Below are positions 11,925 to 23,254 of a stretch of 64,000 nt of DNA, piece after piece. Made by a program: the position numbers and the translations under genes. Positions within the stretch are counted from its first letter, which is position 1. Each line of letters opens with the position of its first letter. The DNA comes from Octopus vulgaris (Eukaryota). Where the stretch lies: contig OX597833.1 of the NCBI GenBank assembly GCA_951406725.2, positions 33,232,001 to 33,296,000 on the forward strand. The letters are read 5' to 3'. Below the pieces are notes generated by a model that did no database searches, was not told the origin of the DNA, and saw only the letters and a program-made list of their open reading frames with translations.

Positions 11925-13333
11925 ATGGCCAAAAATTTATCTGAAGAAAATTTCATTAATTATCTGAAAGAAAATCGGCTCATTGCTAATCAGAAACAGT
12001 GTACATGTGGGAATGATATGGACATAAGGCCTTCGTGGCGTGCAACAGACGGAGTGGAATAGAGATGTAGTAACTGTCGGAAAAGAGTTTCAATCCGAAA
12101 GAATACATTTTTGGAGAAAAGTAGACTTTCTGTTTACCAAATATTTCTTATCATATTCGACTTCATCTTCGAAATGTCGGCAAGCAGTTCTATGTGTGCG
12201 AACAATATCAGTAAAATCACAGCAATACAATGGTATGAATATTGCTGTGAAATCTGTTCGCAGAAATTATTGAAAGACAAAAAGAAATTGAGTGGCCCGA
12301 ATTATGTCGTAGAAATAGACGAAAGTTTGATGTTTCGTAGAAAAAAATGAAGTAGGGCGTGTGATGCAGACATCCTGGATTGTTGGTTTCTACGACAACA
12401 CCCAGAAAAAAGGGTTATTTGCAACACGTTCAAGATAGATTTCTTTATTGGCCACGCAGGGCTAAACACAGAAGGCACAAAATACAAAGTAGAACTCTTC
12501 TTTTTTGGGAAGAAGAGAAGGGGGGAAAAGTGAGGCGAATTCCGATCAAAAGGGATCGTGAAAAAAAAAGGGGGAATTCCGATCACAATGGATAGTGAAA
12601 AACAAAGTGGGGCCGATCAGTAGGGATCGTGTATCACAGAAATCTCAATGTAAAAAGGGAAAACAGATTAGGTTTGTCCGTGGATAGAAAAGCCTGCGGA
12701 AAAGACCACGGAAACCTTGGGCAATAGTGTCATGTAAAAGGAAAACACAATACAATAAGTGGGTCTCTTTTTTCCTTTCGTTTTTTTTTTTTCTTTTGGT
12801 TCATAGGATTATGCTCAAGCTGGCTCCGTCATTCACACGTGCCATCCTTGCTACATTCACCCATCTTTTTTTGAAACGTTCTCTAGACAAAACTTCCCTC
12901 TCTACTCTCATTTTCCTTTTCAAGTGATACTTAAAAAAGTTGATGAGAGATTGACCAGAGAGGAAAGAACACGTTCAAGATAGAAAGGCAGAAACACAGG
13001 AGGCACTCATTCTGGAAAACATAGAACCTGGGTCTACAATATTTACAGACCAGGGCCGGTTATCGGAAGCTTGAAAGACTTGGCTACATCCATGGAACTG
13101 TCAACTACTCTCGGAATTTTGTGGACCCCAAGAGTGGTATGCGTACAAATAGAGATGGAGCATAGTGGAGCCGAATTAAAAGACGACTGAAATACAAATT
13201 CGGGTCGAGTGGGTATATGCGATGGTCACACGTTGACGAAGCAATATATAGAGATCTGTACAACATGACGTGCGACCGATCGTGGAAGAACTATAAGACC
13301 TTGAAACACGTGGCAGAAATTTACCCACAATGA
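11925..13333 (+). pseudogene. Merlin/ISXO2-like DDE transposase, degraded and split by a LINE insertion
   Basis: MAKNLSEENFINYLKENRLI..QKQCTCGNDM...RCSNCRKRVSIRKNTFLEKSRL (Zn ribbon); VVEIDESLMFRRK; GYLQHVQDRKAET..ALILENIEPGSTIFTD; GYIHGTVNYSRNFVDP; WSRIKRRLK. Confidence 0.9.
12440..12967 (-). mobile_element. 5'-truncated LINE 3' end (probably Tx1/L1-type) with a perfect 17-bp TSD
   Basis: AACACGTTCAAGATAGA at 12423-12439 and 12968-12984. Minus strand gives the ORF2 tail FLSGQSLINFFKYHLKRKMRVEREVLSRERFKKRWVNVARM and ends AATAAAGAAA. Confidence 0.85.
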
Positions 13334-15246
13334 TTTTTGAAAGGTATGTAAACGATAATTCTCATAATATTTCTGTGTTCTTTTTTCGAATTTCTTTTTG
13401 ACGGTAAATAAGTCTAAATACGTTTTTCCTTAATTTTGCAGGCTGTCTTCTTGTGTTTTCTGCATTGCTATCTTGACTGCTTGCAGTGATTTCTGCCTTT
13501 CTATGAGCACTAAAACTTATTCTCTTCCAAAGAGAAAACGGTATGGCTCTTTCTTCCACTTTTTCGTTTCGAGACATTATGTTGTGACAAAAATTTTAAA
13601 TCTTGATTCCTGCTGTTCACAGCCAATCGTAAGCCAGAGAAATATTGGTGCCTGTTTCATTAGAATGTTTAGAGACACTATCTTGTCACAAAAATGTTTA
13701 AAATTTACTAACTCAATCGATTTGTGACTAAAGCTTCCTTTAATTTCATTATATACCAACTTTATTATCAGTTATATAAATAATTGCAATTATGGTTAGT
13801 AAAGATAACTTATCTATCTGTACATTTTCATTCTCTTTTGCAATCAACGTTACAATACACGCAAATTTCTTGGGAGCTGAACAATCTTTACAGCTGGGCT
13901 CTATAGACCACCCCTAACTCCTCTACTACGCTTCAAGGAATACCTCAATAGTATTAAGTGTTTCGTCCATCAGTGTCATGCTAACAACATATTAATGAAG
14001 AGGGACTTAAACCTTCCCAGTGTTAGTTTGTCCACAGATAGCTTGAAAACAGGTTTTCCCACCTCAACCCCATTCATATCAGTAAACAAATCTAAGTGCA
14101 GAGTACCTAGAAACAAAAGAGCGATTATTAAAAAAATACAAAGAATCAACAAGAAAATAAAGCATGATGACCATCATTAACACTGTTGAAGAAACTGTCC
14201 AACACTGGAGTCCGTGGAAAGATGCTGCAGAGGGTAATTCGTATTTAGAAAGTTGATCCTCGGTTTTGCTGTTGTTTTCTAGCTTCTCAGATTTCCGGTT
14301 GGGGCGTACTTAAAAATTGAAGATTTTGAAAATCCTCAAAACCCGTTTTCAAAATTTGCTCCTCTGGCAAAGAAAAAACGGAGTGGGGGAAAATTCACTT
14401 TCTGTCATAGGGTGGTGGGGAGGGGATTTATTTGTTTTTGTTTTTTTTTGAAAAATTGAAATTTTGCAAACAATTTTTTAAGAATCATAATCTCCTTATT
14501 TTTCTACGTATTTCGCCATTAAAAAAAACTTTTTAAAAGAAATTGGGATGGGGGCGGATTTTTTTTTTTTTTTTTTTTTTTTTTCAGATTTGGAATTTCT
14601 GCCCTCGATATAGTGTGTTCCTGTAAAAAAAAAATTCTGAAGTGGGTGCGGTCCATGTTCTTTACCTCCACCACAATACTTATAAAATAGGAGTGCATTC
14701 TGACGGAAGAACATGTCTAATACATCAGCCAAAGACAGATAATATAAACTTTCGGATACAGAGTTGTTTCCCTTATAGAAAATTGTCAATAACGTTTTGT
14801 ATGGGAGGCAGGGAGAGGGTTCTAACAAGATGCTCTTTCTATATTTCCCTGTTTCTTCATTTCCCTGTTTCTTCATTTTCTTATTCTTCTTACATACTAA
14901 TTATTTTGTATCCAGTTATTACTCTTCTGAAGCAGAAACAGTTAATTAAATAATAACTAATTTTCGCTGATATTTCTCCATTTCTCAAAATTTATTTTAT
15001 TTTATTTTAGTCACCATGGTCATTCATTTTAAGTCTCTTTAGAATTGAAAATGGACAAAACAAGTCAATTTTCAAATATTCCACAAATAAAAACACTTGA
15101 ATTATTTCTTCATGGAGAGCTGGGCATTTTAAACAATATGCTTTATTTTGGTTTTACACCGTTTTCATTATCACGCCAAGGTTTTCTAAACTTCTTACCA
15201 AACTTCCGTGCTTTTGAAAGTGTTTTATAATTTGTCATATTTTTAA

Positions 15247-16050
15247 ATGGATATCTTAGTGAAACTTCGACCAAAATTTGTGGAACTCCTTACTCAGGTA
15301 GAAGAAATTCTGGACCATTTAGTTTCAGAAGGTATTTTTACAGTTCCTGATGTTACTTCCGTGTCGTCTTGTCCGAATCGCAGCAACCAGATTCGTAGAT
15401 TGTTGGACATTCTTACTCGGAAACTACCGTCTAACATTGAGAAATTTTATGAAATATTATTATTAACAAATAACCAGATATTAGCTGATGAAATAACTCG
15501 GTTTACATCTGATGAATCCGCTCAACCTACGCCTTATCGAAATTTACAGTGTAAATATCCAATACAAGAAGAGGGAAATAGGTATGGTTATATTGTTAGT
15601 ATTGACGGTTGTATTCAGGAAGATTATTTCCAGACTTTTATTACTAATTATACTCGTAAGAAATATATTGATTACAAGTCGGTTTTAATTACTGATTTTC
15701 CCATGTTCCTTAACAAAGAAGTTACTGAAATGTCCAGTGAGTGTGTAAAATATGATTTTGCTCTCTATTTTGTAATGTGTGATTCTCAATTTAATACTAT
15801 CCACGAAGAGGACTACTTTAAACAAGTTGTCACTTTAACTGAAGTAATCTTCAGTGAAAACGTTAAGCCCCATCCACTGATGTGTTTGATCTGCTGTGAG
15901 GACTGTTCAATCGAAGAAATATTTAAAAGTACTGATCACTATGTCATTGCTGCTTTGCGGAAAGACCATTTTAGAGATATTCTAAATAATTTTCCAGGTG
16001 ATTTAAGCTCAGTCTTTCTTTACGTTAAGAATATGACGAAACTGTCGTGA
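15247..16050 (+). CDS. Single-exon CARD-domain protein with a putative degenerate caspase-like C-terminal domain
   Basis: Intact 267-aa ORF preceded by an in-frame TAA. Residues ~1-85 (LVKLRPKFVELLTQVEEILDHLVSEGIFT...NRSNQIRRLLDILTRK...FYEILLLTNNQILADEI) fit the CARD consensus. The C-terminal pattern is caspase-like by eye only. Confidence 0.8.
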   Translation: MDILVKLRPKFVELLTQVEEILDHLVSEGIFTVPDVTSVSSCPNRSNQIRRLLDILTRKLPSNIEKFYEILLLTNNQILADEITRFTSDESAQPTPYRNLQCKYPIQEEGNRYGYIVSIDGCIQEDYFQTFITNYTRKKYIDYKSVLITDFPMFLNKEVTEMSSECVKYDFALYFVMCDSQFNTIHEEDYFKQVVTLTEVIFSENVKPHPLMCLICCEDCSIEEIFKSTDHYVIAALRKDHFRDILNNFPGDLSSVFLYVKNMTKLS

Positions 16051-16589
16051 GGTTTTTTATTTTTTTTTATTTTGGTATTCTTTCTATATGACTCGAGAAA
16101 ATCAAAATACTTTTAATACTTGTCAATCACATAAAAGTTGTACTTGTATATTTTGTCTTCGATAAAACACTCATCTGGTACACCCTGTTGAGTGTTCTTT
16201 CATTAAGAATTAAGCGGAATTCCAAAGCCATATGGCGCTATATTTTTTATATATCAATTTTTTTAGTAATTGTTCAGTAAAATCAAAACGTATTGCTGAC
16301 AATATCGATAACTTTCATTTGTTTTTGTTTTTTCAGTTGTTTTTGTTTTTTCTCAGTACTTGTTTATTTTACATTTGGTGGGGGCGTACTTTTAGCTACA
16401 AGTCCGTTTTATGAAAGGAAAGAAGAAAGCAGGGATCATTTCGTATTGGCTGTTAGCATTTCAAAAATTAGAGTTTACCAAAAATTTTTTAATATGGCTC
16501 AATAAATACACTTGCCTAAACTGAATTGCTGGAGTCATTTCATTTTTTCCAGAAAAATATTTTTAAAAAGTTATAGAGGGTTAAAGTTC

Positions 16590-17293
16590 GATATATAAAA
16601 AATACAAAAATGGGACAAGAACACAAAACATCCAGACAGTTAGGTGATACAAAAAAGGGGCAACAAAACATCCAGACAGACAATACAAAGAAAACAAATA
16701 CAGGAAAAAAAAAACTGAGAATGTTACACAAATACAAATAACAGGACATAACAAAAGGTGTCTTTTGGTCGAAAGACACCTGTTGTTATGTCCTATTATT
16801 TGCATTTGTATTTGTGTAAAATTTCTCTGTTTTTTTTTTTTTCTGTCCTTGTTTTCGTATACATTCGCTGCTTTCCTCCAAGGAATCTAATGCTCTTAGG
16901 TTAGTTTTTCCTTGGGGCTGGCCAGATTGGAGCAATCTCAAGTATAACCAGCTGAAATTGCAAAGATAATCTGGAACTTGACTGAGGACAGAAAACTCCG
17001 AATGATTCATCCTTGTTTTCTTTGTATCGTCTGCCTGGATGTTTTGTTGTCCCTTTTTTTTGTGGCACTGTCATGCCTTTGGTTGTCAGAAGTGAAAGTA
17101 GTCAACTTCGTGTATTTCCGTCAGGTTTATACCTTCATTAATTTACGCCGTTTATTTACGTACCACCACGCTGTTAGGTTTATAAAACAATTGAAGTTCA
17201 GTTTAAAGTTTATAAATAAATACATTTCATGTGTAATGTATACACATGTGTATATATATATGTATACACATGTATATATATATATGTATACAC

Positions 17294-17333
<40 letters not shown>

Positions 17334-17860
17334 AGACACATCTTTAATTAAACTATTGACCGCCTTAAAACGGATTTCAACAGAAAAATATTACTATAAT
17401 GGATAATATAAGCATATAACTACTTATACACACATACAATAAATACAGACACACACACATTAATCAGACATATAGCCACATATACACACACACACACGTG
17501 TGTATGATTGGTGTATGTGATCGCGGTGGTGGTGGTCATTTGTGCAGATTTGGTGTGATTTCTTTTTTAAAAACAATTATGAATAATGCAAGAATATATT
17601 TATTTATAAAGTTTAAACAGAACATGGAATGAAATGTATTTATTTATAAACTTTAAACTGAACTTCAATTGTTTTATAAACCTAACAGCGTGGTGGTACG
17701 TAAATAAACGGCGTAAATTAACGAAGGTATAAACCTGACGGAAATACACGAAGTTGACTACTTTCACTTCTGATAACCAAAGGCATGACTGCCTTTTTTG
17801 TATCACCTAACTGTCCGGATGTTTTGTGTTCTTGTCTCATTTTTGTATTTTTTATACATA
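16590..17860. repeat. Nested fold-back complex inserted in a MITE-like repeat
   Basis: Inverted pairs 16592-16670/17790-17860, 16660-16698/17012-17060 and 17068-17230/17629-17790, plus a tight hairpin centred near 16768. Confidence 0.85.
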
Positions 17861-18444
17861 AAGATATAGCGGCATATTTACACTTTAGTCTCTCCTTTAA
17901 TGTTTGATCATTTTCATCCAGTCAGGAAACAGGATTTGGAAGCTGTCATTTTGTGCATGACTGCACGTGTTGTCAATATTTGTAAACAACATGTGTTATG
18001 AATCCGGTAATTTTCTTTCATGTAAATAAATCTTATTAAGCTGATATTTTTAAGACACCTCACAACCACCAGGGTTTAATGCAAATGCAATAAACATTAC
18101 AATTTTTAACAGAAAGATTTGGAAGAATTGGATGAAAGTTTTCCAGTAATTTTCTGTCATGTAAATAAATGTTTTTGGTAATTTCAGAGAAAAACAATTA
18201 GTTTTAAATCTCTGAGTGAGATGTTGGCGAATAAACTTTAATTTAAAAGATTTATCCAATAAATCTTATTTGGCTGCTCTTTTTAGCACACTTCACAACC
18301 ACCTCAATGCTCAGTGACAAAAAGAAACAAGTAAATAAACATTTAAGCATTTGGTATACATTTAATGCAAATGCAATGAACGTGTTTTGTGCCATAAACA
18401 CATTACAATTTAAATATGCTTAAAAAACAAAGACAAACATTTCA

Positions 18445-18620
18445 TTAGTGAGCATCGCCATTGCATGTTCCCACCACATCTTTTCATACACATAACATGC
18501 CTCTCTTTTTACATAGTTTTTGTTTTGAGTATTACACCCTTTTCTTGAAGGCATGACACAGTATCCTCCTCTGTTTTCAATTTTTCCATAATAGAAGCAA
18601 AGTTACTGGATCTTGCCACC
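18445..18620 (-). mobile_element. Possible Merlin-type transposase N-terminal fragment
   Basis: Minus frame EEDTVSCLQEKGVILKTK...HVMCMKRCGGNMQWRCS resembles the Merlin N-terminal Zn ribbon. Confidence 0.45.
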
Positions 18621-19351
18621 GTAATCACACAGAACTCAGAACACAACATCAAATTTGTCAACATGTGCTTCCTCGTAGATAAAAGACTGTTACTATGGCG
18701 ATAGGCAAAATAGTTCTCATGTTCCGCTACTTACCATCAAAACAGCCATGAATGTATTTGTGGCTTACAATTGGCTAAAATTACCAAAATGTTCAAACTT
18801 TAATTGCTCAATGATCAAACCTCTTTATTTATTGATTTATTGCAAAAATTACTTGTAAAATTAGCTTGTAAAACTGTATCATTACACTGAATGTGAAATC
18901 AATTTGAACAGAAACTTGACACTGGCAGCCAAACAGAAAAGATCCAAAAGCAGTAAGAAATGATGCTAGATTAACCAGTCAGAAATACAGATTCATGTGT
19001 GAAAGATACAAAATACATAGTTTTATAAGAGTAAATAATCATTTTCTCCAAAGCAAAGCTAGAAATTAGTTGTAAATAACAGATAAAGACAGCAAGGGGT
19101 GACAAGAGTGAGTAAAGTATCAGACAACTTACTTTGGTGTATTTAGTTATGTCCCTTTGCCTTTTTTTTTTTTTTTATGAACATAAACTGAACAAATACC
19201 CAATTCTTGGATACATTTACAAATAAAAACCAGCCTGCATGTTGTATGCCTGCAGATAGGTATGCAGAAATTACTGAATTTTGCCTACCCCATTAAGTAT
19301 TACATTTCTATACCAATCTTCTTTTATTATTTTTTTTTTTTGTATTTTATA

Positions 19352-19712
19352 TTTACCTCCGCCTTAGTGAAGGTGGAGGTATTGTTTTCAGTTGCATTTG
19401 TTTGTTTGACCATGGACAAGATATCTCAAGAATCGCTGGATGGATTCGGATGAAACTTTCAGGGATGTTTGGCCTCATGACTGGCATGAACTTGTCAGAT
19501 TTGGGGATTGATGTGGTACTGGACAAGGATTCTGGGTTATTTTTTCTGTTTTCTACTTAATTTTTGAGAGTGGTCGGATTCATTTTAAGAATTCCCATTT
19601 GTGAGAGCAGTCAAATTTCAGATATTCTCATTTTAAAAATCATCTCTGGCTAATCATTGAGAGGACATTGGTGTTGCCTTGGCAGAGCTGTGCGCTCTCT
19701 GAGTGCTCTTGT
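19352..19712 (+). mobile_element. Non-autonomous Helentron-type (HINE/DINE-like) element
   Basis: Starts TTTACCTCCGCC...GGTGGAGGTA (subTIR/IR), contains a short (TTTG)n, ends GGCAGAGC.GTGCGCTCTCTGAGTGCTCTTGTT (subTIR + 3' hairpin), and sits in a T-rich site. Confidence 0.7.
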
Positions 19713-19819
19713 TTACTATTTTATTTACAACTAACAAATACCATTATATTCACAGGATAGTTACAACTAACAAATTTTTTTTAAAATTTAGTTCAATTGT
19801 GTGTATGTTATGTCATATT

Positions 19820-19927
19820 GAAGGTGGCGAGCTGTCAGAATTGTTAGCTCACCCGGTAAAATACTTAACAGCATTTTGTCTGTCATCACATTCTGAGTTC
19901 AAATTCCACTGAGGTCAACTTTGCCTC
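19820..19927 (+). mobile_element. SINE 5' part (family also at 49293-49452 + and 41750-41872 -)
   Basis: ggtggcgagctgtcagaattgttagc...gagttcaaattcc (B-box-like), then gtcaactttgcct. Confidence 0.7.
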
Positions 19928-19989
19928 TTACTCATATAAAAATAATATGCTTATTTTACTTATGGTAAATACATATACCTTAAATTTGT

Positions 19990-21660
19990 GGCTGGTGCAG
20001 AGTCCCAGCTAAGCCGAGAGTGGCATAGTAGTGGAACAAGGTGGAACATGGTTGTGGACAGTGCTATAAAAGTAGAGACAGGCCTGGAAAGACTAGAAAA
20101 GCAGTGGAAGAGTTACATGGCAGAAAGTATGAGATTTTCAACTGTTCTACAGTGTATCAGAGAGAATAGAGATGTGTTGGGTGAGAAATGTGTGCAAATG
20201 GATAATGGTATGCTTGCACTTAGTGACTCAGAGAAGAAAGATGCATGGAAGCATCACTATGAAAAGTTACTAAATGTGGAAAATGGATGGGAGAAAGAGA
20301 GTCTTTCAAATATAGAACTAACTGAGAGACCATCCATCAGAGTTGACAGTAGTATAATAGATAAGGCAATTAAGGATATTAAGATAGGGAAAGCCCCTGG
20401 ACCAGCCTAGACACTCTTATAGTTATTCAGGACTGGCATAGTAGTATTATAGTTAGCTGCTACAAGGGTAAAGGTGATACCTTAGAAAGAAACAATTACA
20501 GAGGTATCAAATTGCTGGACCAGGTCATGAAAGTTACAGAGATAGTGAGAGCTCAATTGATTAAGAATAGAATTAAACTAGATGAGATGCAATTGGTTAG
20601 TACCACATATACCATCTTCCTCATGAGACAACTGCAGGAAAAGTATTTAGCAAGCCATTGTACTTGGCTTTTGACAGTCTCTCACTGTTATCTGGTGGTC
20701 TCTAAGGAAGTTAGTTGATGAGTGGCTTATTATAGCTGTACAAGCCGTGAATACAGTGATGAATTTAACATACAAGTAGGGATTCACCATTATTCAGTCC
20801 ACTATTATATTAGGCCATAACAGGAACTTGAAACAGGATGCCTGTGGGAACTACTGTATGCTGATGACCTCACTTTTATTGCATTAGCAAGAAAGTAGAT
20901 AAAACTCTCTTGCCATCAGGGAAATGACCCTGCTCAATATTTAGAAAAGGAGTTGGGAGTAATTTCATTCGTTGCACCCAGTGTAAGCTATGGACATGTA
21001 AGAGGTGTAGTGGAATCACAAGTAGATTAACAGATAAAGTTGTCTTCATATGTGACATGTGCAGGAACAATAAGCATTAAGGGCAAACAGGATTTAGACT
21101 CTTTCAAATGCCCAGAAGTCTCTCTTGAGGTTGTAGTTTCTGTTACCTAGGTGACCAAATGAGAAAAGTAGAGGATGTTCTGAAAGTATTGTTGCTAGAA
21201 TAAGAATTGGAGGAAGTTCAGAGAGCTATTACCTCAGTTGGCAACAAGAGGACTCTCAGAATGAAAGGCAGATTTTATGATGCTTGTGTATGAATGGCTA
21301 TAATCCATGGTAGTGTGACATGGGCTTTGAATGCAGAAGACATGTAGACTAAAGAGGAATAAGGGTAGTATGCTCCACTGGATTATCAACATCAGTGTGC
21401 ATGAATGACAAAGTGCAAATGTGCTGAGAAAAGAGTTAGTATAAGAGGAGTCAGATGCAGTATGCAAGGGAGAAGACTGCATTGGTGTGGACTTTTGATA
21501 CATATGAATGAAGACAGCAGTATAAAGAAGTGCTGATCACTGAAAGCAGATGGCACTTGTTGAATAGGAAGTTATGGGATGAATTAGTAGAGGACCAATC
21601 TCAGGATGTTGGGCCTCACAGAGATGTCAATGGACCGAGATGGCAGTATAAAGTTCTTGC
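19990..21660 (+). mobile_element. RTE-clade LINE, degraded RT region
   Basis: AWKHHYEKLLNVEN, AIKDIKIGKAPGP, YKGKGDTLERNNYRGIKLL, ELLYADDL; many stops and indels. Confidence 0.85.
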
Positions 21661-21859
21661 CCACTTCAGCAAAATTGAGACCTGAGAGCAGTGTGTATTC
21701 CACCCACATGTAACAATAAAATTTTTCACACATCCTACTCAAACTAAACTACATCTCTCTTCTCCTCTTCTTCTCCTCACATTACCTCTTTTTCATGCAT
21801 TATGCTTATGCCTATTTCTCACTACCCAGTCCTTCCCTCACCACCCTGCTCACTGTACC

Positions 21860-21983
21860 ATGTTCATATAGCACCAGGAGAGGAGACAAAGAGACAAAAT
21901 AAACTAGCAAAAAAATTTATCCAGTAATTTTTTTACTAGTTTATTTTGTCTCTTTGTCTCCTCTCCTGGTGCTATATGAACAT
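21860..21983. repeat. Near-perfect 124-bp palindrome (hairpin)
   Basis: atgttcatatagcaccaggagaggagacaaagagacaaaataaactag... is mirrored around a ~5-nt loop (tccag). Confidence 0.92.
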
Positions 21984-22324
21984 TTAATGTGGCTTTAGAG
22001 TTAGGTTTTGACTGCTATTTTTAGTGTGGTGGTATCTCTCAGATACCCTAAATTATAATTTTACATATATATATGTTTATGTTTGTTTTCCAGTTTCAGC
22101 TCTTGAGCTGTGGCCATACTGTGGCCATGCTGGGGCACTGCCATATAGGGAGAATTCACAAAAAAAACAAATGAAGACAGGTGGTGTAGACAACAAACAG
22201 ATGTATTAGTTTAATGCTCTGGAAGTGAAAAAGTCTTTAATGTTTCAAGCCTATGCTCTTCCACAGGGAGAAAAAATAAAGAATGTAAGAATGTGTAGGG
22301 ACTACACACATATATATACAACAG

Positions 22325-22415
22325 ACTTCTTTCAGTTTCCCTCTACCAAATCCACTCACAAAGCTTTGGTTGGCCCAACGCTATAGTAAAAGACACTTGC
22401 CCTAAGTGCCACGCA
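22325..22415 (-). mobile_element. SINE fragment (52630 family)
   Basis: Reverse complement of ggcaagtgtcttttactatagc...ttgtgagtggatttggtagag.gaaactgaagaag. Confidence 0.75.
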
Positions 22416-22919
22416 GTAACTTTACTATAGACTTGTTTATCCTTATTTCTCATATATATGTATATATCATCATCATTATCATTACCATGTTTTCCATGCT
22501 TTATTTTCTGGTCTGGCATGATTTCTATGGCTGGATGCTCTTCCTAATGCCAACCACTCCACAGAGTGTACTAGATGCTTTTTATTTAATACCAACACTA
22601 GTATCAATTCTGCTGTGGTGGATGGGTCTTCTTGAGTACAGCAAGGCACTAGATATTTCAGTCTTTTGTCATCTCCTTCGTAAGGCTCAGTGCCTTGAGA
22701 TCAGCTTTCAATACTTCATCCCACATCTTCCTGGGTCTCCCTCTTTCACAGGTTCCATCCACTTTAAATGATCAGCACTTCTGTAAGGAACTGTCTACAT
22801 CCATATGCATCATATGACCAAACCACCACAGTCTTCTCTTGCACACCACATCTAATCATTCATACACTCAACATTTCTCTCACTAAATTAGAGCTCTGTT
22901 GCACATGTACACTGTATGC

Positions 22920-23240
22920 GCAAAGGCATGTGACTTAGTGGTTAGGGGTATTTTGTTCACTATCGTAAAATCATGTGTTCATTTCCCAGCAGTATGTTGT
23001 CTTTGAGCCAGACACTTTCATGTTGCTCCAGTCTACTCAGCTAGCAAATATGAGTGGTACTTGTATTTCATAGGGCCAGCCTTGTCCCATTCTGTGTCAT
23101 GCTGAATTTCCCTGAGAACTATATTAAGTGTATACATGTCTGTGAAGTGCTCGGTCACTTGCACGTTAATTTCATGAGCAGGCTACTTTGTTGATCAGGT
23201 CAACTGGAACCTTTATCATCATAACTGACAGAGTGCCAGT
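22920..23240 (+). mobile_element. tRNA-derived SINE (head related to the 44820 copy)
   Basis: Degenerate A/B boxes and the shared core ttgagc.agacact..catgttgctccagt..actcagct. Confidence 0.7.
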
Positions 23241-23254
23241 AAAGATATATATAT

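Larger units (their letters stand above)
10937..14672. mobile_element. Composite Merlin (IS1016/IS1595-like) DNA transposon bounded by long TIRs
   Basis: Left end GGCGGAAGTAAAGAACATGAACCGCACCCACTT; right end (reverse complement) GGTGGAGGTAAAGAACATGGACCGCACCCACTT. Flanks AATATACT/ACAATACT match at 6/8, consistent with a decayed 8-bp TSD. Confidence 0.7.

Noticed and set aside
14672-16500. Idea that the CARD gene is cargo inside the Merlin element
   Set aside because: The right TIR and TSD-like flank end at ~14680, upstream of the ORF, and no enclosing TIR pair was found.
18734-18775. Possible 40-bp minus-strand exon (PIVSHKYIHGCFD)
   Set aside because: Splice-like ends are present, but there are no partner exons or recognisable homology.
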